From Lingula anatina (lineage: Eukaryota; Animalia; Brachiopoda), in the NCBI GenBank assembly GCA_051362555.1, contig CM120642.1, forward strand, positions 24,242,001 through 24,306,000: a stretch of 64,000 nucleotides of DNA, written 5' to 3'. Shown here in pieces: positions 1 to 11,616 of this stretch. The position numbers and the translations under genes are program-made. The first letter of the stretch is position 1. Each line of letters starts with the position of its first letter. The notes under the pieces were generated by a model. It was not told the DNA's origin and did not search any database. It saw only the letters and a list, made by a program, of their open reading frames with translations.

Positions 1-212
1 CACTGAGATTACAGACTTCTGTGAAGGCAAAACATGAATTTTTAAAAACAATGAACAATATCTTGTGGGGTCTTTTAATTTTTAAATGTGAGAAAAAGTA
101 TTTTGAATAGATTCCCCTTATTTTCAATAACAAAAAGTACAGTTACTGCATTAGTTTACTGTTCTACTTCCCAAATTTGATATGCTGTTCACTCAAAGTT
201 GCTCATACTTAC

Positions 213-844
213 TGGCTTAGGTTCTGGTTCTGAAGGCTTTGGAGGGTCAGGCACTTTTGCACCCATACTGAAAAGAAGTGCAATTTACACAATCATAAAC
301 CTTTATAATACAATACCCTACATAATTAAGTTAAAACTATTAATTTTATTACTTTATCACCATTTAAAAATGTTAAATAACTTTTCACAATATCATCAAA
401 ATTAACATGTCATAATAAATATAATCTATATCAATATCCATCACTTGTTTTCATCAAAGATTCCATAAATGTCTTTAGTACTCACTTTGGCTACAAAGGA
501 AGAATTGCATACAAATAAGCAAGATAAACCCTTATTTCTTATGTAAAAGCACTTTTTCAATTGCAAGAAAAATTCTGAAATACCTTGAAGCTAGGATATG
601 AATTGTTTAAACTGCATTTGAAAAATCAGCCACACCAATGTCAAAAAAAACTTATCTTACACCTTCATTTAGACACTAGTACAGTACACATATATATATA
701 TTCTACATGTGTACCATATATCATATACCTTTCTATCCACTGCTTGTAAAATGACAGTTCTGGAAGGTGCAGTATCTCTGGTTTAGCTTTGCATAATTTT
801 ACAAACTCCTGAAGAAGAGTCAATTGCTCCTTGTTGACACTCAT
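213..844 (-). CDS. ST13: Hsc70-interacting protein (Hip), first two coding exons; gene continues beyond the left edge of the window
   Basis: Exon 844-729 (ATG at 844): MSVNKEQLTLLQEFVKLCKAKPEILHLPELSFYKQWIES. Exon 267-213: MGAKVPDPPKPSEPEPKP. GT-AG borders, phase 2 junction. Matches the Hip N-terminal dimerisation domain (human ...FVKMCKQDPSVLH...WVESMGGKVPP). A probable non-coding first exon ends at a GT donor near 2781. Confidence 0.9.
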
Positions 845-1409
845 TTTCACCTAGAAAGATATGTAAATCCATTCAAGGGTTTGCCACCACTGCAGAGTTA
901 GATTAATTATATAACCTTTTTTTTTTTTTTTTTTGCATTAACTACTCTTTTACTCTAAATTTCCCACAGTGATACAGCTGTAAGGGCTGAAATTGCTCCC
1001 CTGGTAAAAAATTCATTTTCACACAAAGTGAGACTGCAAACAAAATAAAACAAAAATAAATAAATAAATAAATAAATGTTTATATATATTTTTTTTTTTT
1101 CCTACTTTTCACAGAAGTTGTTTTGCAAAGTAAAAATGATTGATCTTAAAATGTATACAGAGGTTATGTGTATTGAACTGGTCTGCTAATAACTTGGCGA
1201 TATTACGTAAACTGCTGAAATATTTTTTCTTTTGCGCAACATCATTATGTGGTTTGGTGTATTAACCATGGCTTTCTTGGTACCAGCTTTTAGCTTTTTT
1301 TGTCTATATTCAGAATAGAAAAACTGCATGAAAATATCTATATTTTATAAAAAGTTATGGGAATGTGAATGAAGTTGGTGGTGGAGGATGGGAAATAGTT
1401 ACTTTGAAC

Positions 1410-1570
1410 GGGGGCGTCTCGATAGTCCGAAGGTTCATTGGTCCGAAAAGTGGTAACATTTTCATCGATTTTTAATCAAGGGTTCATTGGTCCGAAGGTT
1501 CTATACATAGTGAACATTCGGACCAATGAACCTTCGGACTATTGAACCTTCAGACTATCGCTACGGCCCC
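1410..1570. mobile_element. MITE with G-rich termini and 7-8 bp target-site duplication
   Basis: TIRs GGGGGCGTCTCGATAGTCCGAAGGTTC / GAACCTTCAGACTATCGCTACGGCCCC, with repeated ~15-bp subterminal units. Direct repeat CTTTGAAC at 1402-1409 and 1571-1578. Confidence 0.8.
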
Positions 1571-2781
1571 CTTTGAACCTTGCAGTGTACTCACTATAAT
1601 ATTTATAATACTGCTGTAAAAGCAATGATATTTCCAAGATTTAACCATCAGTACCGTTCTTACATGACATCTATCTCTGAGTCCTACACATCACATCTGG
1701 TGTGATTACTCTTGAACAGAACCAGCAATCTAACTAAAACCGTGTTCCCATAATTCCAGCTAAATTGCATTCAGTTTAAATGTCCAGAATGTCTGGCATG
1801 CCTACTGAAGCTGCTAGGGGTATTTAACTTTCATGTGTGCTCAGCTTAGCAGCCTCAGCTACATGCTTTCACTATAGATGCTGTGACAAGTGGTTTCAGT
1901 TTAATGATGTTTTTTTTCTAAGGAAACCCATATGGCAGTTAAATTTACCCTATGTAACACAAATTAGACCATCATAAAGTCACGTGGTCTTTTCAGCACA
2001 GCAACTGAAAGAGGCATTACTCATTTCTGTGAGCACGCATTTGTCTCATTAGTATTACAAAATTATGACCAAGGAAGAAAAATTTGATTTTATTTTAGTT
2101 CTGCACAGGCTCTTTGAATATTTGTTTTGCTTACTATCAGGTATTATATACTCTATTCTCTATAAAAGGATTACATAATTTACAAATAGGAAATATCCAT
2201 TTTTAACTAGTAATTTTACTGCACTCAGTACCACATATTTTCAGTTTTAATTCTTAGATTTTCTTGTGTTTTTTAAGCAAACAAATTTTTTGCTAGATCA
2301 TGAAAAGGCGATCAGTCTTTAAAAAACCAAATAACCTACAAAGGTATTTGTAAATTATTATACAAAATTTAGAGTATTGCTGCAGCTTGTGCCAGTGTCA
2401 GGTTTAAATTGCTGAAGATTTCCACTTTCAAATTTAATGTCTCTTATCCTCTGTAAATTCAACAGCAACAGTTGAAGTGCTCTGTCTCATTCGGCTAAAT
2501 ATTTAAAGTGAAATAACAAGGATCAATATATTGTAACCACTGCTTACTGTCATCAAAGTGATTAGGATAAAAACTGAAATACTTTCTACGCTTTGGCTGT
2601 TTTCATTCAATGATTCGCTCAACAAAAGAATTTAGTGTTTAAATCTTTGTAGCAACATATGCATTTACATATCTCAAAGCAAAAGTTGCACCATTACTAC
2701 ATGTGACTCGAAATATCAAATTCCAAAGATAATGTCAGTCAAATATACCTAATTGCGTGGCACTCAGATATAAGAGAATAC

Positions 2782-3085
2782 CCTGCCGGTAAAAGCACGT
2801 TGCTGCTGTCTGCTTCACTAGAAACTTCCAGGTGGGGTAAACCGACGGTCACGAGGTTTCGCGCGATTGACCTAGTTATGTTCACACGTTTTTAATCGTG
2901 TGCGTCTCGTCTGTACTACTTTTAATGCTTGTGTTATTCTGAATAATAAAAAATAAACTCTGTTCAATGTAAATATATCTTTAAAGTACATACAATACCC
3001 TTTATATTACATTTCTGTGAGCAAGCATTTTCACGAGGCCAAACGAGACTGACCTAGTTCAGAGGGAAATAACATCAAAACAAAA
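2782..3085. promoter_or_regulatory. Bidirectional promoter region ST13 / XPNPEP3
   Basis: CpG-enriched interval between the putative ST13 non-coding exon 1 and the XPNPEP3 ATG (3086). Contains E2F-like TTTCGCGCG (2857-2865), two TGACCTAGTT motifs (2868, 3050), and a YY1-like AAAATGGC over the ATG. Confidence 0.6.
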
Positions 3086-4409
3086 ATGGCCTTATCCGTG
3101 AGAGGTTCCACTCTTAAAACTATATGGAAGCTAAATGGTATGTCTGTGTTTATTAGTATTGACACATTATGTTTATTTTGTTACATTGTTTTCGAAGATA
3201 TGTAATTCCTCACGGCCTTTTTCTTGCTTGCTCACTCGCACACGAAAACTTTTTGCCTCCATATATTTCAAAGACATAAGTCTATATTATAATCAGTGAT
3301 TAGTCATTGAATGTACCACTACATGTAAGTAAACCTCTAAAGATTTAGTTTAACTCTGCCATTAATTTCACTGTTTGTTGTTTAGGATTTCTAAAGACAC
3401 TCCCAGCTTGCAGCATTGCTGTGCGATTATTCGGTCAGCCAGCCCCTCAAACACACCCTCATCTTTTGAATACTGGAGAGGTCACTCCTGGAATCTCAAA
3501 AGAGGAATTTGAATTTAGGAGGAACAAATTGGCCAATATTATATCAGCTCATGACGCAGCTTCAACAAGAGGAGACGAATCAAAGAACCATCTTGTAATC
3601 ATCCCAGGGGCACCTGTGACTTACATGAGTACTGATGTCCCCTATGTCTTCAGGCAGAATACAGATTTGTTATACCTCACTGGATTTCAGGAGCCAAATA
3701 GCGTACTGGTTCTTGAAGTTGGGAGGGAAAACAAAAAACCTGTGTACACATCATTTCTTTTTGTACCCAAGAAAGATGAAAAAAGAGAGTTGTGGGAGGG
3801 GTTGAGATCCGGAGTAGAAAATGCTCCAAAATTAACAGGAATTGAAAATTGTCAAAATATCGATGACTTGGAAAAGTATTTGGAAAGTTATCTGAGACGC
3901 AATAGAATATTCACACTATGGTGTGACTATGCACGGCCTGTGAACAGGGAACTGCATGATGGTGTAATATCTAAATTTATTCAACAACAAAGACATTTAA
4001 ATATCTATAATCCCATTAGGAGGGTGCAAGGAATTAGGATAAAGAAATCTGAGGCCGAAATTAGGCTGGTGAAACAGAGTACGAAGATTGGGGCTCAAGC
4101 TTTGACAGAGGTGATGAAGTATTCGTATCCTGGGGTGAGTGCTTGGAATTGTGCTGTTCCACATCTTAAATGCATTGACGGAGGTTAAGTGAGGACATTT
4201 TAAATTTTGTAATATTCTTATTCGTGGGTTTTCATTGGATGATGATAAATTGATGAAAAAAGTCGAGATTTCTTTTTGTCGTGATGTTAGCTCCATGGCA
4301 ATTTTCTATTTAAAAAAAAGAAACCATCATGAACCTCTTAATTATACACTGCACACCCCATATCTTTCTTATCTGCTGACATTTATATCTGCTAGAAATC
4401 TTGAAACTA

Positions 4410-4455
<46 letters not shown>

Positions 4456-6747
4456 AGCACTTGATTATTCTGTGAAATATGGAACTGCATGTTAAATTCT
4501 TTTCCAAACATATTTAATTTACTCTTACATTTTTTTGTTTTTGGGAAAATTCCACTAAAGATACTTAAAATAAAGCTGTGAAACATTAGTCAAATTTTAT
4601 CATAGGTAATATTATTGTTTATGTTTCAGGTGAATGAAGCACACCTATATGCCAAAATGGATTTTGAATGTCGTGTACGAGGGGCTGAAATGTTAGCTTA
4701 TCCTCCAGTAGTAGCAGGTAATGCCTACCCCCACCACACACAAACCATACAGTTGTAACTATTAATGTATTGATTGTGTATGCAAACTAAGCCCTCACGA
4801 AAGAGTCGAATTTTGTAAATTTAAGGTCTATTGGAAATCTTGTACATATAAACATATGCATTTTGTTTTTTCTTGCATCATTTTCTAGAGTAGACCTAAC
4901 ATGCATTTAACTTGCTTCCGCTAGTAATGCAAGCTTGTACTTTAATACAATTTAAAACTACTAAAAACCAACATTTAGATTTAACAAATGTGAATTATCC
5001 TATGAAAAATGGCAGTTTGCAAAATGCGTAATGCTAGCACCTTAATTTTACTACTGGCAATTACTTTCTTTAAGCTGATCTAATTTGGACATACATGTTG
5101 TATATCTTCGTTTTTCCAGGTGGTAATCGTGCCAACACTATCCACTACATAAGTAACAACCAGCTTGTCCATGATTCAGAGCTAGTATTAATGGACGCTG
5201 GATGTGAATGTCATGGCTATGTCAGTGATGTTACTAGAACATGGCCAGTCTCAGGTAGGTAATGTCAAATAAAAATAAGTCAGTGATATTATGATAACAT
5301 ACTCAGTTTTAAGTGCCACTGTTTCCTTTGATTGTATGTAAATTCCTTCTTCAGAAAAAAAAAGAGAGAGAGAGAGAAATGTATGGAATGGATAGCATCT
5401 TATGTGATTTATACACACAGCAGAGAATATGCCCATGACAACATATAACTTTTTACCATAGGGAAATTTACTGAAGCTCAAAGAGAAGTGTATGAAGCAG
5501 TGCTGAGAGTCCAGAAGCAGTGCATCCAGTGCTGTGTGGCCAAAAGCTCCCTGGATTCAATATTTCAGTACATGCTGAAGCAAATAGGACTAGAGTGTCA
5601 GAAACTTGGGATATTACCCAGACACTTGTATGGAGCTGAGTTGTCAAATGTGAGTCAGGGCTTACTTGGGTGTGATTTTATTCTTGTCAAATTCCATATT
5701 ATATAAAAGTAAAAAAAAAATTACCCCACAGTGTCAGAATGCTGCATTAAAAATTTTAAGGGGTACTTTTGAAGAGCTAAAAGTGCTGCACATAAATAGA
5801 GAGATCAGTTCATATTTGTTCATTGTAACATGTACTGATGGAAAACGTGCACAGACATTATCCAGATCTTTGGACACGGGAAGGGGTCACACAAATACTA
5901 TTAAACATGTAACTAGATATCTGTAATGTAAAAAATTATTTACCAATTTATACCAAATCCTTCTCATTTCATACTCTGGTCATTTTGTTTCTAATGAAAA
6001 ATGATTACATTTTGGTATTCGTTTAAACTTTAAAAAATGATTTCTTTTAAATTTACCCACCAGCAAGCCAGAATGATTTGCCCGCATCATATCGGACATT
6101 ATCTTGGAATGGATGTCCATGACACCAGCCTGATGTCCTGTAGCCTTGACCTTGAACCTGGAATGGTGGTCACCATAGAACCTGGTAAGAAAACTGGTTG
6201 CTGCTTTGATCACAACTTCTGCTTGTACACAGTTCACTCTTAGCTCATAAAAATGACAAAATGAAAATTTTGTAGAACCGCAGTCAGAAGATAGCATGGT
6301 AAAGATTTTTTGTCAAGCAGTGAATTGTAGTCAATTTTTGGTCAAAATGCAAAAAAGAAGTTGCTATCAATGCATAAACAAGACCAAAGACATGTTTTCT
6401 TCTGGTAAATAACAGCAATTTACTCTTACTGAAAGATGGTCTCATTTTCTATTCATTAGCAAGATGTCATAGATCCTTTTTTTCATGGATTTTTTTTTCT
6501 TTTTTTTTTTTAAGCAGAGTATGTTTATAGACAGTTTCCACCAGTTAACTGTGAGTTTGTACATGTGTGCTATCATTTTACAGGTATTTATCTCCCAGAA
6601 AATAATCTGAGTATACCAGAGAAATACCGAGGAATGGGTGTGAGGATCGAGGATGATGTCCTCATAACATCTCATGGTCCAGAGGTGCTGACAAGTCTCT
6701 GTCCAAAAGAGCCAGACGATATCGAAGCTTTGTTAAAATCGAGATAG
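3086..6747 (+). CDS. XPNPEP3: Xaa-Pro aminopeptidase 3 (mitochondrial Icp55 orthologue, peptidase M24B), 7 exons, 498 aa
   Basis: Exons 3086-3137, 3386-4134, 4630-4717, 5120-5254, 5462-5649, 6064-6184, 6584-6747, all GT-AG with consistent phases (1497 nt). Motifs [66 protein letters not shown] and GVRIEDDV; the metal ligands are intact. The basic N-terminus lacks acidic residues and resembles a mitochondrial presequence. Confidence 0.96.
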
Positions 6748-7941
6748 ATGGCATTATAAGGAATAATGTCTTAAATTTTGTTCCATTTAGTTATTTATTT
6801 GTTTCTTTCTTTCTTTTATTATTTTTATGAAAATGAGATGTCAGATTGTTGATATTGAGAAAAAAATAAGAAGAAATCAAAACAGACAGCTTTGATATTT
6901 TTATACATAATATGGTAAATGCCATGTTTTTCAATGGTCAGGAGATAAGAACTGGGTATGAAAGACATTACTTCTCACAATTATAGTATTATGATGAAGA
7001 CCTGTTCATTTGAAAGAACCAGATTATACAGAAATCAATGTGTTAAAGTATAGATACTTGTTTTTGAAGTTTATGTTATAAGATATTGCCTTATCCAATA
7101 CAGGACTAAGAGAAGAATCAGATATGCAATTTTGAGAAGTTTCACTGCTTGAAGGTATCAAAACAAACACAGTTTGTGTGCTGATTTTTTTTAGCTCATA
7201 ACCCAAAGACCAGTTACTGACCATATTATTTTACTGGCTTATCTCCACTATTACTGGCATTTGGCCTTGGGCACTAATGTAATTTGCAGACACTCTTAAT
7301 GTCGTGGCTTAGTTAAAATCAGTATAGATGACGCACATTATATGTATGCAGTAGGATGGAGTATTTTTGTATGTTTTACATATTTATATTATAAGATAAT
7401 TGGATGGAATAACATTATACTAGATGTATATTAGGGACAATCTCATTACCTCTCTTAGAACACTGATTATTTGACAAATAAAGTCCAAAGTGATATATAA
7501 TCATTTGAAGAGTTATTAAAGCAAGACTTGAAAAATAATTTGGGTGAGCATTTCTTAAAAAGTATTTAAAATCTTCAGTAATTTTTAATTTCTTAATTAG
7601 TAAGCCCTTAATGGTAAAAGAATGGCAAATATTTTCTTTTGCATGGTCATAAACAAAATTGTTTATTGAAAAAATGTGCTAGATGGAAAGAAGATGTTAT
7701 TTTTGGTATTCATGGAGAAAATGTTGCTCAAATGTTTTATCCTGTTATTATATGAAATTAGAAAAAATAAAGGGGCCCTACATTGGGGTATTGCAGTAAA
7801 TTGTTTTGACTGTTATTATTCGTTAACATTTCATTTTATTTTAATTCTTCCCTTTGAAGAAGTATTTTGGATATAATATCAAATTTATCAATAGAAATGT
7901 TGTTCAGCTCCGAATAAGCGGGAGTCTTAGTCTGGAGAAAG

Positions 7942-8014
7942 GGTTCTGTAGTCTAGCAGTTATCACATTTGTTTCACACGCCGAAGGTCCCAGGATCGAA
8001 ACCTGGTAGAACCA
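7942..8014 (+). pseudogene. tRNA-Val(CAC) degenerate copy / probable pseudogene
   Basis: 73-nt copy of the neighbouring tRNA with acceptor stem GGTTCTG/TAGAACC and CAC at 7975-7977. It has a D-arm mismatch, loss of the D-loop GG, a poorly pairing anticodon stem (TTTGT/GCCGA) and T-loop GATCGAAA. Confidence 0.75.
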
Positions 8015-8097
8015 GTACTTAGGACATTGATTTTACATTTAACATTAGAAATATCGTTGAGTTCGGAGCGAGACGGGGAAAATGGCTAGAAATAAGG

Positions 8098-8170
8098 GGT
8101 TCTGTAGTGTAGTGGTTATCACGTCTGCTTTACACGCAGAAGATCCCAGGTTCGAAACCTGGCAGAACCA
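8098..8170 (+). tRNA. tRNA-Val(TAC)
   Basis: Full cloverleaf: acceptor GGTTCTG/CAGAACC+A, anticodon stem TCTGC/GCAGA with TAC at 8131-8133, T arm CCAGG-TTCGAAA-CCTGG. Followed by a T-rich Pol III terminator (TTTTCTTTT). Confidence 0.95.
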
Positions 8171-8288
8171 GCGTTTTCTTTTAGACTTTTGACAATGCCT
8201 CTTGTGAAAAATTGTGTTGCTCAGTCTCGAACGCTCGTTCAGGTTGTCCATCAAAAAGTTTTGTGGCACAGTGGTGCTCATATCTCCT

Positions 8289-9655
8289 TCACACGTTGGG
8301 GGTCTCACGTTTGAAATCTGTCAGAGCCGCTTCAAACTCACCATCTTTTGCACACGAGGTTTGAAAATGATCCATTTTCATGCTTTCTATGTCTGCATAT
8401 CCTGCAAAGCTACCAGTACTAATCTTTCCCATTTTAGTCCTTAAATACAATAAAGCAGTAAAACCCCCTAAAATGGAAGTACCTAATGTGGTAACTGGAA
8501 GGCAAAACGGTCAATACGTCTACACATATATTTAGCACTAAATTATTCAATTAGATATTATATAAAACATCAAATCCAAGGACGGGACGAGTCGAACAAT
8601 GTTTCATGATCAGGAAAAATTAATCTCGATAATTTTTCTCAAGAAAAAACTTGATTTTGCGCAAAAATCCCGCATTGGACACCTATTAAAAGTGATGAAC
8701 TGCAGGGCTCTGAAGTGTACGGTTAGCACGAACTAAATAAGATTTTATATAATGAATTAGAAAATCAAAGTTCATAATTGCGACGTTGTCAAGAAGGCCG
8801 TCTTTGAAATAAGAAGTCCAATACCTTTATTGCAAGAAAATAATTTTATAAGCTTAATTTTAAGTAATTCAGAGCAATAAATAAGAATAACTCAAAGATC
8901 AATATACCAGTGTTCGGGACTCGTGCAATTGTTGAGAAACGTATAGCAGACGTCTCAAACTTGCTCAGTACTTCGGCATCGGTGATAGCAAAATAGTCTT
9001 GGAAAGGTTGAAGGAGCCTCCCAGAGCCATGAAAGCTGTACACGTCAGCCTTTGGCGTTGGCGAGTAGCTGGCAATGACCTCGGGCGCTATATGGGGTGA
9101 TTCAAGTAAGATGTTTTCTCTTGAAGCCACCCGAAGATTATTTTTCATTTTTACCATTGTCCGCTCGGGGGCGTGTGTATTCAAATTTTGCCCAGAATCT
9201 TCATTTTTACTCAAGTTGCAGTTGTCTATGCTCGTGGTTTTCAATGACACAAAACTCTTTGTCTAAATGAAAAAAAAGGACATAAGAGAATAGAGATGTG
9301 AGCCTGTGTAAAGCTTAATTCATTATTATTCACAAAAATGAATTATTTGCGTAGTTGTTATGGTATGGCTCATTAAATTAATTAAAACGAATACGCTGCA
9401 CGGGAAATACATAAAACAACAAAATAGTAAAAAAATGCAATCCTTTACAGTGCAACCTGGAAAATTTGGAGTATCAGTGTCGAAAACTTTATCATCTTCC
9501 TCAAGTAGCGCCCTAACACCAGAAAATGTCATTAAAATGCGCTATCTATCTTTCTAAATATAAAATTATCGAAGAGCAAAAGTACCTTATTTATTAGAAT
9601 TTTCATCTCCGTCCCACACTTCCCCTTCTTTGTCGCTTTCTTCTTCTGTTTTCTC
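8289..9655 (-). pseudogene. Decayed multi-exon protein-kinase-like gene
   Basis: Exon-like block 9262-8908 (TTTAG acceptor, G|GTATAT donor) encodes HIAPEV..SPTPKADVYSF (kinase subdomains VIII-IX), with LWE in a shifted frame and QPFQDY after it. A phase-compatible next exon lies at 8401-8289. Upstream exon-like pieces at ~9458-9553 and ~9586-9655 contain stops or frameshifts. No HRD/DFG was found. Confidence 0.5.
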
Positions 9656-10108
9656 CCCCCACAGTATTATTAAAACATATAATGAGATAGGTACCCTGTC
9701 ATTTGCAACATAAATGTACAAAAGTGATGACAAATGTTCAAGTATGAAAAGCCTTTCTTAAAATCGAAAGATAATACGAAAGCGACTTTGTCTAACTGAA
9801 AAAGTTTTGGGTCAAAAAGTGCGGTTATGTGTAAAAATTGCGCCCGTCTTACTCAATAATTTCTGTACGAAAAACAACTTTCAAAACAATTTGCTGTCAT
9901 TTAACAATTTCATACTATTTTTTTTCATAATCAAGTCAGGTTAAGCTGTCATTTTTGAAGAGGAACCGGCCTATTTATTTCAGTATAACAGAAAAAAACC
10001 TATGATAGATAGAAAAGCAGCCCCCTCATAAAATAATGGCAAATGAAATAACCTGGATGCAAATTAAAAAAAAGTTGCAGATAAAAAGAAACTCATGTAG
10101 GCATCTAT

Positions 10109-10398
10109 GGGGCCATTCAGAATAGATGATCCGAGTGCCAACTGATCCGCCGACTAAATATGGCCGACCACACTTCAAACGTGATGCCGCTAATTCCATG
10201 ATGGTCTCCCCGCCTCCATACGCGCCGTCGCTGCAGGGGCCCAGCAATTAAACCTCGGATCCGAGATTCAATCCGTTTATTGAAGCGTGTGGATGTGGGG
10301 AGAGCATCGGGAATCAGCGGCATCCCTTTTGGAGTGTGGTCGGCCATATTTAGTCGGCGGATCAGTTAGCACTCGAATCATCTATTTTGAATGGCCCC
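10109..10398. mobile_element. PIF/Harbinger-like MITE with ~105-bp inverted arms
   Basis: Starts GGGGCCATTCAGAATAGATGATCCGAGTGCCAACTGATCCGCCGACTAAATATGGCCGACCACAC and ends in the near-perfect reverse complement. Flanks are TA-rich (CTA/TTA). Confidence 0.8.
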
Positions 10399-11616
10399 TT
10401 TATTAATGTTGTAGAAAGCATTGTCAATCTTTCTGTATTTAAACGTTTTCACTATCTTTGAATGGTATCAGGTATGCGACTTACCGGGGGAGGTATGATT
10501 ATATTACTGTCGATTATTTTATATAGTATATTTAGCCTATTTCAACTGTGACTGTTGCCGTTGAAGACAGAATTTTTTACGATGTCGCTTGCAGTGACAT
10601 GTAGCGTCATCTTCAAGCGTTACGTTAGAGAGAGAGAGAGAGATTACTTTCCTATTTTATTTATTTATTTATTTATTTTTAATAAATGAGATATATGGAA
10701 AAGGATAACCTGTTGGCTCACACCGTGCAAACACCTTGTCCAGGCAGTTTCCTAAGGCAAGCTATTATAAACAGGGCGGTAGGCTGAGAAAAAAGCTTGG
10801 GGGCAGCTGGTGAAGGGCTACAGCTGGTGAAGGCCTGCAAGCAGGTTATTTGTGCCGCGTGTGGTACTCTTCAATACCCTGATTGAAGGAAAATGAATAA
10901 GCTTTTAATAGACAAGGAGAAAGGGTAACACTTGAAAGCACCCATCAAAAATAAATAAATAAATAAAATTCTCCTGGCAATCTCCGGCCCAGCTATAGTC
11001 AAATGATAAAAATTCAGTATATGTATATTTTTTTAATTATCGGTAAAATACTTGAAGAATTCATCTATTTTATTCTAAAAACCATTTAACAACGTGTAAA
11101 AAATTTTGCTGGCAATGGTAAATGACAAGACATGTATCCATAGGCCCTAACGTTATCTACTAGTAATATAAGTCACCGTTTATTAGACAAATTGATTCTT
11201 ATCGTGTTTCACGCAATTATCACCAGAAGGAACAAAGTCAAAAGTTCTCTTTTTTATAGTCAAGTCATTGCTGTGACCCAATTTTTTTTTTTATTTAGCA
11301 TTCTCTAAATGTCATGACATCATATATGCTCCACCTTAGTCCTAGATAATGACACCAACTTGGACCAGGCTCACAGACCTACTTGGTTAACCAAACTACT
11401 ACTATCAACTACTTTGTCCAACAACAGAAGAGTCCTACTTTTTGACCCCGCTTATTGATCGGCTGTTATTTTTAACCGAAGTGCAATCAGTGATCTGCAC
11501 ATAAGGTCCTACAGACAACCACTCAAACAGACCCACGTCGAGCACGGCCGCAGTGACATTAACTCGAGTACAGGTTGACAGCCTCAGACGCGAGCAGGGA
11601 CTGGAGAGCGCAGACG

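Noticed and set aside
2812-2832. Heat-shock element upstream of ST13
   Set aside because: Only two correctly spaced nGAAn units are present (GAAACTTC); the third is out of register.
3997-6675. Minus-strand ORFs overlapping XPNPEP3 (3997..4296, 5980..6297, 6442..6675)
   Set aside because: They are antisense to real exons and have no independent splice or homology support.
8183-8291. TGA in the last kinase-like exon as a second Sec codon
   Set aside because: There is no redox motif and no SECIS was seen on the minus strand, and the gene carries other lesions.
10026-10347. ORFs 10026..10247 and 10117..10347
   Set aside because: They arise from the GC-rich MITE and show no recognisable protein features.
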